This document shows positions 23,829 to 37,081 of a DNA stretch of 64,000 nucleotides, one piece after another. This DNA is from Selaginella moellendorffii (taxonomy: Eukaryota > Plantae > Lycopodiophyta), in NCBI RefSeq assembly GCF_000143415.4, contig NW_003314332.1, positions 248,001 to 312,000 of the forward strand, in the 5' to 3' direction. Both the position numbers and the translations under genes were made by a program. Under the pieces are notes generated by a model, which was not told the DNA's origin, did no database searches, and worked only from the letters and a program-made list of their open reading frames with translations. Position 1 is the first letter of the stretch, and every line of letters begins with the position of its first letter.

Positions 23829-26800
23829 ATGTCCATTGGCACAACAAAGACACATTTAGTTAGAGATTCACCACCTCCACCACCATCACCTCCACTATCA
23901 CCACCTCCACCACCGCCATCGCCACCTCCACCACCTCCATCACCACCTCCACCACCTCCATCGCCACCGCCACCACCACCATTGCCACCACCACTGCCAC
24001 TATTGCCTCTGCCCCCGCTGCCACCGCCACCACCACCATTGCCACCACCACTACCACTATTGCCTCTGCCCCCACCACCACCGCCACCACCACCAACGCA
24101 AATCCCTAAAGTTGGGCAATCTAGTGGTGTTCACGATAGGGAACCTGAGGAACAGCTTGGAGCTGAAAGAGTTGCAGACCTTCCTGACAATGTGGTGGAC
24201 AAGCGCTTCCAAGAGACTATTATGTGGACAAGGGAAAAAGCAGTTCACCAAACACTTGAGGCGCTCAAGTGGCCAGGCCCTTGTGACTTGATCAGAGAAA
24301 TCCCCCTTTGCCATTTGCAGCAGACGAACCTTGTCCACAAAGCATCCAAGTATGTCAACCCGGATATATACAGCTTGTTCAAACAAAATGGCCTTGCAAC
24401 AAATATCGGTATGTTTCTAGTCTCTTTTTGCAAGCCAGGAACAACGAAGATCATTACTGTCACACCCAAGATTGTGAATAGCTGGGATCCTATTTGGAGG
24501 AGGAAGTCCCTAGAATTTGATGACATGCTTATCAGACATCCTGAGACTCGACAACTTGCGGGGACAATGTTTCAAATTATTGACGGTAACCACCGATATG
24601 GAGCTTGGATGAAGTGTATCGACGATCATTTTCACGATGATCCCGTCTACCATATCAACGTTCCAGTCGGCCATGTCTACGCGAGGGGACCTTTAGATGT
24701 CAACAGACTTATCTTGGCCTGCCAAAAGATCAATGCGTAAATTTTATAATTTTACCTCTAACTCCACTTTAACTTGTTTTGTTGTGTTTAAATGTAGGCT
24801 TGGGCAATTCGCTGTTCAAAAACAAAATCTTGTCCATGACATCGAGCAACTTCGATTTTTGGCAGACTTGAGTGAGGATGACATCCGCCTACATTATGGT
24901 GATGATCTCGCAACACTTGTTCGGCACTCACACACTCGAAATGACGGTACAACTTGGTTCAATAACCCAATCAGTTTTATGCTCATTGTATGGTGTAAGG
25001 TATGTCTTTCCTTTTTATTTTATAAAAGCCTCTTTTAATTGTTTTGGTTTTTAGCCTTTGGTGAAGGTCAAGCAAGATGCTTACGAACTTGCATATCTGG
25101 AGAAGAGTTGGGAAGAGCTCTCAGCTGAGTTTGTACAAATTGAGCACAAAATTCAGCATGCAAAGTCCTCAAAGTTGAAGAAACTAGTATGCATTGCAGA
25201 CAATCGCAGGCCGAAGGAGTGGCTAGAGACTATAGCCGAAATTTCTTCTCATGAATGTAAGTTATTTATCACACTTCATTTTTCTTAATTATGCATATGT
25301 TACTTTTGCAGTGAACAAAAGTCCAGATGACATGATTTACAATATTACAAAATCGAAGCTTCCATATAAGCAACAGATAGAGACTCTAGAGTTCCTCAAT
25401 GTCTGCTTGATGAACAGAGAGAAAGGACTGCCAGAACTATTTGAGAACATGATGAGAAGGGCTGTCTACATCACGCAAACTATAAGTGAAGGTGAGAAGT
25501 TCTTGGCACCACACATTGGTGACGATCTAGATGGCACATTCATGTCTTTCGACACCTACATCAACACATCATTGGAAGGGATCGAAGAGGGGTGGCTGCT
25601 AGAGAAGTCTACAAGCACAACAACTTATGATTGCTAACATGGTCAACCTTATTTCATGCGACGTGCAGCTTATAGGTATAATATGATTTCTAAGACTGTT
25701 TTTTAATATATATTGTTTATAGGTATCTTCGATATAGAGGCATGCCATTTGAGGCACTAGTTTGCACTCGACTTGTTGCAAAGGGTGTAAAAGATGGAGG
25801 AATGTACCCAACAATGTTTGCGAGAGTTTCGAAGGCACAGAAGATAGAATGCCCTTGGGAGTTGGAGCTCCTAGGGAAGGAGACCTCTACACTAGATCGC
25901 GAGGAAATTATCAATGCTAGCAACGATGGCAATGCAAATGACGATGGAGATGAGGATGAGGAAGCTCCAGATCAAGTTCATGTTCCACCACCAGACAGTC
26001 AGGAACAGGCTCCAATTCAACCATCAAACAACCAAGATCCAGATTAGGTTCTACCAGTAAATAACGATGATCAAGTGGTTCACAGAATATCACGTCGACC
26101 TCGAGGTAAGCAAAAGTGAATTTTACAAACTAAAGGTGGTAATACATGTTTTTTGCAGCAATGACTGTTGGTAGTAATTTCTTTCCAGCTCGATGAGATG
26201 CTCGTGAAGAGGAGTTGGAGGAACTCTCATTGACAACATGCCATATGACGGTATCATACTATTTATTACTTATTTCATTCACTTAGCTCTTTTATAGGTC
26301 CGTCCTATGTCCCCAATAACACAACGAGGCATTGTAGGTATCTTCATTGGCTCTTATAGTAGATTATTGACATCTTTCAGGGAAGACGACATCAACATGG
26401 ATATACGCCGCCAGTTCAACCGTTGGTGCTGAAAGATACAAAGGCCCGTGCTCCCAGTTGCGGACTTCATTCTCTTTGATTTTCCAAATGGTCTTTCAGA
26501 TATCAATGGGAAAGTTGAGGATTAGAACTTTTTCACACCTGACCACTTGCGCGATGCATTCCTATTGTCCAAAGCACTTATGCTCGAAGCTGGCCATGTC
26601 ATCTTCATCCTACCGAACAACCCCAACTAGATGTATGAGCTTATGATGTGCGCAGCAGAAGTTCATTTCAAGTCATTCTCTTCTGGGTGCATCATGGATC
26701 CTATTGGCGTTGATATGAGGGGCGTCTAAGGGAAGCTTGAAAAGGTGAGTATGTATTTTATATTTTTATCTAATTTCTAAACATTTTTATTTTCCAAGTT

Positions 26801-27370
26801 ATGATGTGGACCTATCATGCCTTTTGCAGAAACACACATGATGGGTTTCGTGGTAGCGAACATGCAGCATGTGTTTTGCCTGAGTACGACAGTTCCACTA
26901 ACATCATACCCAACCTTGTGGATGAGCAAATCCGCAATACATTTCCAAGGTACCGATTCCAAACTCCATCAGCAATGCAAGTCTTGCTTGAGCTCTATTG
27001 CCCACCAAATGGTGTTGTGATTGATTGCACAGCAGGTAGCGGTTTTATGGTGGAGGCAGCACGTGACTCTGGTAGGTCGGTGTTTGCTATTGAAGAACAT
27101 CATTTCTTCAAATGCCGGCTCAGAGGATTTCGTGAGTTGCCTTCAACCTCAAGGAGGTAAATTATGTTTATTAAAATTTCAATATATATTTCATTCTATT
27201 TTATAGATCACAGTCACCTGGAGCTCCTAGAATTGGAGGCTTTGGAAGTCTCCCTAACTATGCAGAAGCCATGGCTCAACATATGCAAACTGAATCTTCC
27301 CCACAATACCAATATAGGAGGAAGTATAAAAGAAATCATTATATTGATGATGAGGTAGAAGAAAGTTAAT
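23829..27370 (+). pseudogene. Element B multi-exon cargo gene: Pro-rich N-terminus, ParB/Srx domain, acidic linker, beta-class N6A/N4C DNA methyltransferase-like domain
   Basis: EIPLCHL..FQIIDGNHRYGA (GxxRxxA, about 24576-24605); VADFILFDFPNG (about 26460-26493, DPPY-equivalent position); YRFQTPSAMQVLLELYCPPNGVVIDCTAGSGFMVEAARDSGRSVFAIE (motif X/I); many short GT-AG introns; a few in-frame stops. Confidence 0.78.
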
Positions 27371-27409
27371 TGCATCCTTACATAAAATGGAAAGCTTGTT
27401 ATATATTAG

Positions 27410-27470
27410 ATGTCAGTGAAAGTGTCAGATGTCAGTAAAATTGTCAGATGTCAGTGTCAGTGTCAGATAC
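27410..27470. repeat. TGTCAG short-motif cluster downstream of the cargo gene
   Basis: About 7 TGTCAG copies in 60 bp. Confidence 0.7.
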
Positions 27471-27805
27471 CATAATTATAGATTATCATTCTCACCTGTC
27501 ACCATCACTTTGTAGCACTTGTGTGTTGCCATCTCCTCCTTCAACATTTTGTAAACAATTGTATGTGATATGATAGCACCTTCTAGAACAAGGTATGTTA
27601 CCTACAACTAATATCATTTTATTATATTTTTTCTTTTAATAGTGACAATACTATAGTATAGTAAAGTAATTCTAGATCTTATATTCCACTATAGGGTGGC
27701 CTAAAAACCCCATATTTTGCACTAGCCAATGCAGTGTTTCCCAAGGGGATGTTGTTCCTCACCATGAAGCAATAGTGGGTATGTGTCTGTAACTCATTCT
27801 TGAAT

Positions 27806-28220
27806 CTATTGTACATCCACACGTGCACATTTTCTAGACCTACCATAATTTTTACAGTGCTCAAGAAAAGTTTGTAAACCCATAGAGCCATTTGTCTTGT
27901 CCAAGAAAAAGTAGCATATTGGACACCGAATGTAATAGCGTTCTGTGCTTTCAAGTAGTCCTGCCATGTCAGGAGCAAGATCTTGCAAAAACATGTGGCA
28001 TTGCTCTTGAAGCGCTGGAGGCAATCCCTCTCTAGTAACAAGATCCGGAATTTCACATATAGGGAGCTCTAATTCAGCTTCACTATAGCCCTCAGCAGAA
28101 AAAGGATTGTTATGTGGAGGTGAAGGTGGAATGTTGGTAGAATTTAGGGATGGAGATGGAGATTGATATGAAATACTGGAGGGCCAAGTACGATTAGCAA
28201 TGGGTCTCCTTTGAGCCATT
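27806..28220 (-). CDS. Second small zf-XS-like zinc-finger ORF of element B
   Basis: YIRCPICYFF..GLQTFLEHCKNYG; Pro/Ser-rich N-terminus; relic of the 5' part at 51040-51155. Confidence 0.5.
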
Positions 28221-28832
28221 TCAATATAAACTTCTAAGGAGCTCAAGGAGAACAAAAAACCTATAATGACTATAACTTTTCTAGATAGTTTATATACTAA
28301 GTTTTAGTCTTGGGAATGAGGTTTATTTATTATGACACTGACAATACTCAGATTCTTTAAATGTCAGTCTTGGAAATGGGGCTTCATAATCATAGCTTTC
28401 TTGTAAACATAAGAGCTTCTAGAATTTTAGATTATCGTGTATACACATGCTCTATCATTATAATGAATCCTACTTTGCTACACATATATTCTTTTCTACA
28501 CACGCCAAATGTCTAAGGAAATAAATTGCAAGGAAATATAGACCACATTATAGTGGCAGAGCACATTGGCACGCTACCATTCTCTCATGTGAGATTGCCT
28601 TTTAGTCTTGGAAATGTAGATAAAGTTGATTCTTTGATGTGATATTACTTTTGAGTCTTTCGAAAGATTTTGATTTCTTTTATCATTATTTACAAAAAAT
28701 TCCAAAAAACTTTTAATGAGGATTCACTGCAAAATATACCTTGGTCTTATCATATGAGAGGATTGCAATATAGGCAAGCAATAGAGTTTTTAATATGAAT
28801 TAATATGTAAATTACAAATGTCATGGAAAGTT

Positions 28833-29082
28833 TTATGGAGTAGATTTCTTGGTGCTTTCCATTGTGTTGTTCATTTCTTCATTTCTCTTGCTCTGGACTG
28901 TTGTTTCAGAAGTAACAGGAGCATTTTTATCAATCGTGATACTGGTCTCCACATTCCCAAATGGGTAATAAAGACCAGGAGTGTAATATGGAGATTGTGG
29001 TAGTGAAACAAAATTAACATTCTCACATTCCTTTGCACTACAACTCTTACTCATAGATCTTGTATTTTCCTTGCTTCCCATC
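28833..29082 (-). CDS. Small orphan ORF of element B (SLPxSPYYTPG family)
   Basis: FVSLPQSPYYTPG..NAPVTSETTVQSK..ESTKK; homologous to 3287-3544. Confidence 0.45.
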
Positions 29083-29437
29083 TTCTCAAGAACCCTAAAA
29101 AATCTTTTGAATGAAGGAATAGTATCTACAGCTGTAAAAGTATTCAAAATATTAAGTAGTCAAATCAAATATGACAGCTGTAACAGTTGTCATAATAAAA
29201 TAATATAGTTTTATAAAAGATAGGTTCTCATGAACTTTGTCTTTTTTAAACAATTCAATCTTATAGAAACTTTTAACATAGATATTTACGTATTTTAATA
29301 TTTTAAAATTTGCTAGAACCTTCATTTGTTCAATTTAGATCTCCTTTGTAATATTTCTTATTGACTATGTTGACTTGAGTTGACTTGTGTTGAATTGAGC
29401 TCAACTCATGAGCTCAACTCAACTTTGGACCATCCCC

Positions 29438-30736
29438 CCTTCGAACTTCCCTCGGAGGGCTAGTAGATGTCGCAAACGACTCTCTACCAAAGTTGCTCAT
29501 GTAATGAGTAACTTTGAGTTAGGGACTGGATCACGTACCTCAACTTGGATTTCACCCAACTTAATGGCCATATTAGCTCTAGCCTTCTTCGGGTAGGGAC
29601 ATTCCCTCAATAAGTGTCCTGCTTCACCGCAGTTGTAGCATATGTTGTTTCCCACGCTACTAACCAACTTGCCCTTCTTATCCGTGGGTTTGTCTCTTTT
29701 TGTTTGACTCCCCCACGTACTCGCTCGCTGGCCACCAAATCTACCTTTCCGGAAACCCGAGGATTCATTCTTAGAGAAACTCTTCTTGAGTTTTCCTTTG
29801 CTATATGTTCCCCTTGGTTTGGCCCCTTTGCTAAACGTGGACCCCGACCTCGTCGTTCCCCTTTCGCAGGTTATCGTTGAAATGCACTTTGATAGCCGCA
29901 TCCAATGCTTCTTTGTAATTGTTCGGGTTCCAACACGTCACCTCGCCGCGAGCCCAGGTTTGCAAGCCTGATATGAAGGCATGGAACACATCCATATCAC
30001 CCATATCCATGACTACTATCCTCTTTGCCATAAATCCATTCACATACTCTTGAATGGTTCTGGTCTGCTTCAGCCTACTTAGCTCATCCTGTAGGTGCAG
30101 AGTAGCATTCAGAGGAACGTATGTCTCACAGATCCTCGCCTTCATCATTTCCCAAGTGGCCACCGGTCCTTTGTTGGCCTCTGTCGTTCTCCACCAAGAC
30201 TTGGCATTGTCTGCCAAGTATGGTTTTGCACATGGGACCTTCTCCGAGCTCGATAACTGCAACGCTCGGAAGTAGTCCTCCATATTGTAAAACCAATCTT
30301 CCACCACCTTATAGTCATTCACTCACTTGAAGACCAGTGGGGGCTTTGGTTTGTACTTGGGAACTGCCTGAGGGACTGATTTCACTTTAGTCTGTTCGAC
30401 CTTGTTTAGTTCTGCCTCAGTCCTTACTGAAGGGTCCGAACCTTCTGCGCTACGAGCATCCGTAGTCTTTCGCTTTTTCTTTCGCTTCTTGTCATGCTTT
30501 AGCTTGTGTACGAGAGTCTCCAGCAGGGCATTAGTCTGTGCCAATTATCCTTCTAAAATGTCCAATCGAGCCTTGGACGACCGAACCTCACCACTAGACT
30601 CCTGTTTGGAAGTTTCCTCACTTGAGTCCTCCTCATGCAAGGATTCCTCATCCATAGCCTCTTGTTCGACCGGAGGCTCCAGCTTTGGCAGAGGTTCTGT
30701 CTCCGTCTTGGCTCATTTATGCCCTGCCTTTGCCAT
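29438..30736 (-). mobile_element. Gypsy gag (capsid and CCHC zinc knuckle), with stops
   Basis: VEDWFYNMEDYF..AKSWW..LKQTRTIQEY; CYNCGEAGHLLRECP. Confidence 0.93.
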
Positions 30737-30780
30737 CTCCCAGCAATCTGCCTCTATCCTTCACTAGAACTGAGGAAAAG

Positions 30781-30792
30781 GCTCTGATACCA
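30781..30792 (-). promoter_or_regulatory. Primer-binding site (tRNA-iMet) of the gypsy element
   Basis: Reverse complement TGGTATCAGAGC, 3 nt from the LTR end. Confidence 0.92.
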
Positions 30793-30795
30793 AAT

Positions 30796-31774
30796 TGTAA
30801 GCCATAAATTTTTCCTTTCCAATTTGCCAGCTTACCTTGTCTATCTGACCAACACTGCTTTGGCTTTTGCTAAGTTCCCTCGCCAAGGTTCCCGCCTATG
30901 GTACTAGCTCCTACTTGGTCTTAGCTACTCACTACATGAGCAACAGAGCATTAGCCATCCATCCACGGATTCCTAAATCTCTCCCAATCCCTCTCCCCAA
31001 GTTAGACTGGACTTAAGGTTCGGCTACACTCCCGCAGGCATAAGCAGGCAAGCACACCAAGCCTCCAAGTTCCTAACATCCCTTGGTACAACAAGACTTG
31101 ATCATGGGACCCTCTAAATCCCAAACCCCTAGGAAGGGCAAGGACCAATAAGCCACTAGGTACTCAAGTGGGGCACCACTCCATATGAGCCGAGAGCACC
31201 GCAGTCGGTTTCCTTTTCGGGAGTGGGGGCTACTCTTGAGCACTTCCTTGGGTGGCCCCTCTGGCACCACTCGAGTCCATACTCACTCCCACCCAAGGCC
31301 CCTTAGCCCCAATCTCAACCTCAAGCTAGTTTGGAAGCACCACTGGAGAGTTCCTTTAAGACTGGTTCCTAGACCTCACTATCCCTACTATACTTTTGGA
31401 ACCCCCTGCAGCCCCCCCTCCTGGGAGACGCATGCTTTGGGATTTCACCCCTTGACCTATATTAGTACTCGGACTCGGTCTCGGACTCAATCTCAAACCC
31501 GACTTCGGATTCGGTCTCGGACTCAATCTCGGACTCGACCTCGGACTCAGTCTCGGACCCGATCTCAGATCTCGGACTCTGTCTTGAACTCGGTCTCGAA
31601 CTCGGTCTCCGAGTCAGCCTCGGACTCGATTCCGGACTCTATCTCGAACTCAGTCTCAGAGTTTGTCTTGGACTCGATCTCAGATTCGGTCCCATCCGAT
31701 GAACTCTTTGTTATTTTGGTCATGCTTTCAGAGATCCTTTAGCCTACAACACTTCAGGGAGTTGGTTCCTTACA
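30796..31774 (-). mobile_element. 5' LTR of the gypsy element (TGTAA...TTACA) containing (A/T)CTCGG hexamer repeats
   Basis: Inverted TGTAA/TTACA ends; adjacent PBS; repeat tract 31468-31695. Confidence 0.8.
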
Positions 31775-34700
31775 AGTACTTGTGTGTCTATATTTCTGTC
31801 TTTACCATCTCAAAAACTATTTTATAGTAGTCTTTTGGGTGTGTGATATTACAGTGTGCCGCAAGAGCATATATACCTTCATATTGATCGTCACCATTGT
31901 TTCCACTATAAGCCAGAAAACATATAAGGCATTTTTTGAAAGTCACAGAATTGCAATTTTCTAAAACAAGTAGGAAGGCATTCTATTTCATTCAATTTAT
32001 TACACCTTTTGTTATTACATTTATCTCTAACTCATGATCACTATCCTCATTAGTCTCTCTTTTTTTCTTTTATATAGTTTGGTTATGCTGTGCAATGGGA
32101 TATCTATTGCATCTCCTAGCCCTTGAACCCTAGGAAAAAAGATTGCAAGAGTTAAAATTACTAGCATTAGAACTTTAACATATTTATGTATATTTCCCTC
32201 TCTTTGAATAAAAGTGTGAGTGAAGATCTATAAATTTTAAATAATATGTTATAACAAACCCCTCAAAAATGTATTCTAGAAAAGAGCTCAATCTCTCTTT
32301 TATATGTAATAAGATTATATTAACAATTTTTTTTTTTTCCTTTCAAATGGTTGTATGGCCTTATATAGAACCTTATTTCAAATTTAATAATTTTAAAATT
32401 CTAACACACTCTACATTTAGTAGCTAGAAAGTACAAAGTATAGATTTAAGGAACTGACAAGGATCCTTTTTCTGCAAACATCTTAATTTATGTTCTAACA
32501 AACATCTCTATTATGGCATGTAGTAAATATTTAAATTGTTAGAAACAAGAAGTGTCCTTTAGAACATTTTTATCTATATAATGTATAGAGTTATGAAATT
32601 GTTAAGTTCACTACAACCTTAATATTTTAAATTTTATGATTTCTGTATTAAACTACAACTAAAACTTGAGCTCAACTCTTCAATTCGTGAGCTCAAGTAT
32701 AGTCTGTGCTCTTGACATCTATGGCATGAACCTCTAGGTCCCAAGCATAAGCAATAGAAAGTATTACACACAAGGAAGCAATTTAGCCACAAGAGAAGAA
32801 AACGCTAACTCCCTTCTAGCAAAATCCTTCATTGACCAAGCAAGCTTTAGATCTAGAGATGGACCCATCAATGTTGATTTACTGAAACAATATTATAGAG
32901 ATCTGAATTTATCAACCATCATTGTTATCCACTACTCTGAATCAAGTTACTCTATAGCTTCTTGTAATGTGGACGAGTCACCTAGCAATGTAATATTACT
33001 AGCTTGGTATTGTAATATATATCTTTTATTTCAACAAAGATGTTTCAATTTTGAGAAGAGAGTTGGAGACATGAGTGATAAAACCAAGACTATTCCTATA
33101 GAGATGCATAAAAGGCCAATAAGAAAAGGTAAGGCAATTAAATTTATTAGTAGTAGGGTAAAATAAGCTTGGCTCAAATGCTTAAGTGTGAGATTCTCTC
33201 CATAAAGTACATTATTGTGTTTGCAAAAGAGTACAAATCAAAACAAAAGGTGAAGAGTACACAATTACCATTCAAAACTTTCCTTTTTGCATATGTTTAA
33301 ACTTTATGAAGCATGAGGAATATAGAAAGGTATATACTCCTTGCAAGCATATGTACTACATTTTTATCAACACCTTACACCAAGATCCTAAAGTGGACAT
33401 TCATATATACTAAGCAAACTTTATTATTGCTAAATTGCAAAAGACTTTTGAAGCTAATTAGATTTGCTAAAACTACAAATGTTTATTCTCTATCAATAAT
33501 ATAAACTTATTGTACTTTAAATAATTAATAATTAAATATTTTTTCATTTCATTTATGTGTTCTTTTCGAAATACTTCTCATAGTACTTATGTGTCTCTAT
33601 TTTTGTCTTTACCATCTCAAAAAATATTTCATGGTAGTCTTTCGAGTGTGTGATATTACAGTATGTTATGAGAGCATATATACCTATATGATCATCACCA
33701 TTGTTTCCACTATAAACCAAAAAGCATAAGACATTTTTTGAAAGTCATAAAATTGCAATTTTCTAAAACAAGTAGGAGGGCATTTTGTTTCACCCAATTT
33801 GTTACACCCTCTGTCATTGCATTTATCTCCAACTCATGATCACTATCCTCATTAGTCTCTCTTTATTTTTTTTATATAGTTTGGTTATGCTATGCAATGA
33901 GATATCTATTGCATCTCCTAGCCCTTGAACCCTAGGAAGAAAGATTGTAAGAGTTAAAATTACAAGCATTAGAACCCAAAAACATTTATGTATATTTCTC
34001 TCTCTTCAAATGAAAGTGTGAGTGAAGATCCATAAATTTAGATAGTATGCTATGACAAACCCCTTGAGGGAACTTATTCAATTGCACTTGAAGTTGCAAA
34101 TGGAAGAACTTAACACCCCTCAAAATGAAGAAAAGGATTGTTGCATAGAGACGAAAGTGGATTATTGGTTGAGCTTGAAGATGAAGGTGGAAACTCATAT
34201 AAGAGGCATTTAGACTAAAAATAAACTTCTTTTGAACCATTACAACACACAAAAAGAATTAAACTTTTCAACAATAAAAATTCTCTGATTAATATACTAA
34301 ATTTTAATATCAGGAATGAGGTTTTATTATGACATGGCAATATATTGAATCTTAATTGTCAGTCTTGGTAATGGGACTACATATTAATTACAACTTATTG
34401 TTATAAACAAGTGGCTATAGGGTTCCAAAAGTTAAAAACTAGCACATAATTGATATGTAGCCTTATTTTATATAGCTGGCCTCCATATATAATAAGAGCA
34501 AACTCATACAAGCACGTAAGCATGCCTTTTTACAAAATTATCCTTCAATTTCAAATATATATATATAGATTTAACTCTTTGATTTAACCACATCATATTT
34601 ACTACACACTTATGCTCCTTGCAAAAATATAATATATCAAGAGGAATAGGATATATATAAAAAAAATTTAGTGGATTACAAAAGCCATAAAAAGCTCTAT

Positions 34701-35445
34701 AGAGTGGATTTGTTGGTGTTTTCCGTTGTATTGTTTATTTTTTCACTTATCTTGCTCTGGAATACTATTTTAGAAGTAATAGAAGCATTTTTATCAATAG
34801 TGATTATGGTTTTCACATTCTTAGATAAGTAATAAGGACCAAGAATGTAATATGGAGATTATGGTAGTGAAACAAAATTAATATTCTCATATTTCTGTAT
34901 ACTAAAGCTACTTACAGATTTTTTATCTTTCTTACTTCCCATCTCTATAAAACTAAAAAGNNNNNNNNNNNNNNNNNNNNNNNNNNNNNNNNNNNNNNNN
35001 NNNNNNNNNNNNNNNNNNNNNNNNNNNNNNNNNNNNNNNNNNNNNNNNNNNNNNNNNNNNTGTCAAATGTCAAAATATACAATAGAAATTTTAGTTTCAT
35101 GCAAACTTCAATATTCCCATTTTTATTTGGGACCAAAACAGCTGATTATAACCAAAATATTATAAATGCAAAAAATAACAACTCTGTGGGTTTAGATGAA
35201 CTTCTAATTCTAAAACCTACTCAATCAGTATTTTATTGTATAGGTTGCATTAAAAATTAAAAGTTTTCTCCATAAATAGATTAAAAAAATAGAAAGTTCT
35301 CTGAATCATTGACAATTAAATTCATGAATTTCAAGTTCATCAAAGAATAATATTTATTGACATTTCTTTATAACATTTATGGTTGACTATGTTGACTAGC
35401 ATTAACTTGAGCTAAATTTAGTTCAACTCAAGTTTGGACCATCCA
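31775..35445. mobile_element. Decayed, rearranged non-autonomous relics of element B
   Basis: 31775-32697 and 33040-34070 match the reverse complement of the B left arm (zf ORF, SWIM end, GAGCTCAACTC core); 34700-34940 and 35270-35445 match the B right arm ending TTTGGACCATCC; 100-N gap inside. Confidence 0.8.
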
Positions 35446-35599
35446 TGTGCTGGGTATCCAAGGGTATTAAAAATGTATATGTTGGTGAGGAAGCATTTCT
35501 TTTAGCCTAGGATGAAATCAGATATTGAGAAGTACACACATGGTTGTTTAACTTGCTAGGTAATCAAAGTTGAATATCTCTATCATTCTTTATGTGTAA

Positions 35600-36935
35600 G
35601 CCCATAGCTAGACATCACCATAAATAGAGACATACCAATATCTAATTAATAAGTGTTATTGTGAGCAAATTGAAGTAAAGGCAAATACTTCTCCTATACT
35701 CCTTGTCAAGTCAAGTTTCCTATAAAAGACTTTAGCATATCTTCTAACATTTGATTCATGCATTCTGTCTATCCATCTGATTGTAGATGCTCACCACTAT
35801 TTATGCTTAACTTAATTCCTAGCTTCTCAAAGATTGTTTGCCAAAACTTGGACATAAATTTGGGATCTTGATCACTCATAATATCACATGGCAAACCACA
35901 AAGACTGAATAACCAGTCTACAAAAACTAAGCAAGTTTAGAAGCTTTAATCATCAATTTCATTTTGAAAAAGTGAGCCATCTTTGTCAAATGATCCACAA
36001 CAACCTAAATAACATCATTTTCTCGAAAGATCTTAAGCAAACTAACGATAAAGTCCATCAAAATGCTATCCCACTTATTCTTGGATGAGGTCTCTCATAA
36101 GTTTGAGTTTAGCTTTGGTTCAAGTACCTTATGCTTGTAATTTTTTAGAGGATATGCAAGACAAGCTTGAGTTAGCAAAACTGAACATGAGACAAGTTCA
36201 ACATTGAGACAAAGATTAGCTGATAAGCATTATCATCATTAGGAGTACAAAGTTGGTGATAAGCTTTTTTAGCTATCAAGTGCACAATGGTATCTGAAAA
36301 AAGGTGGTAGTATTGTGGGCTTTACACAATTTTACAAATATTGGTTACATTTTAGACTTCCCAACTAGTTCAAAGATTCATCTAACATTCCATGTGAGCA
36401 AGCTTAAAGCATGTTTACACTCTAGTAATGTCATGGATCAATCCATCATCCAAATCTCAGACATTAATCCTAAGAAGGCTGGTCCAGCCAATATTCTTGT
36501 TAAAAGATTGGTAAAAACATGTCATAAGACAGTTTGGGAGTTTTTAATTTAGTGGAATCCATGGATGAAGTTATATAGGAAATTAAGGATGACATAAAAA
36601 GAGTGTTTCTGAGTTTTGGTTATGATTTAGATGACATTCTTATAGAAGGGGAAAATTAAGTTTTATATTCATATTGTTATATATTTTGAGTTGTTTGCTA
36701 TTCTTATTCTCTTGTTTTCATAACTGTATTATCATGTGAAAAAACTATATTGCTTTCTTTCTTTCGTGGCTATTTGTCACGACATTAGTGTTGTTATTTA
36801 CACACCTTTTCTCCATAACTATATTGCCTTGGACTCCCTTCATATGAGGCTTGTTTACTTCTTGAAGCTGCCATTCATGGCTAGGTCATGAAGGAGGGGA
36901 GAATAACACAGACCAAGAAATATTCTAACAATATT
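35600..36935. mobile_element. Degenerate gypsy integrase/chromodomain and LTR fragments with an internal inversion
   Basis: Minus-strand WDSILMDFI..VVVDHLTKMAHF; plus-strand YILDFPTSSKIHLTFHVSKLK; homologous to 41590-42790. Confidence 0.7.
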
Positions 36936-37081
36936 CCTTGACCTGTGCCATAACACTTTTAAAGGTTGGAAGGTTGGCATAGGGTTCACTCCTTGTTCAT
37001 TTCATGGATGTTCTTGTGAAGAGTGCTAGAGCTCCTATTACTCCATCCACACAACATGGCACTTTGCCCACAACAAGATGC

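Larger units (their letters stand above)
16916..29437. mobile_element. Element B: 12.5-kb Mutator-like (MULE) DNA transposon with cargo, inserted between gypsy gag and protease
   Basis: TSD CCTTCGA at 16909-16915 and 29438-29444; ends GGGG...CCCC; inverted subterminal core GAGTTGAGCTCAYGAGTTGAGCTCAATT at both ends; excision restores LALRGKFEG|SFVKILIDTGAS. Confidence 0.92.

Noticed and set aside
26460-27120. Calling the cargo an active DNA methyltransferase
   Set aside because: The catalytic motif is non-canonical (DFPN in B, unrecognisable in A) and these copies carry stops; activity cannot be inferred from sequence
9890-27370. Bacterial or phage contamination explaining the ParB/MTase genes
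   Set aside because: The genes contain spliceosomal introns and lie within TSD-flanked elements nested in a plant chromovirus
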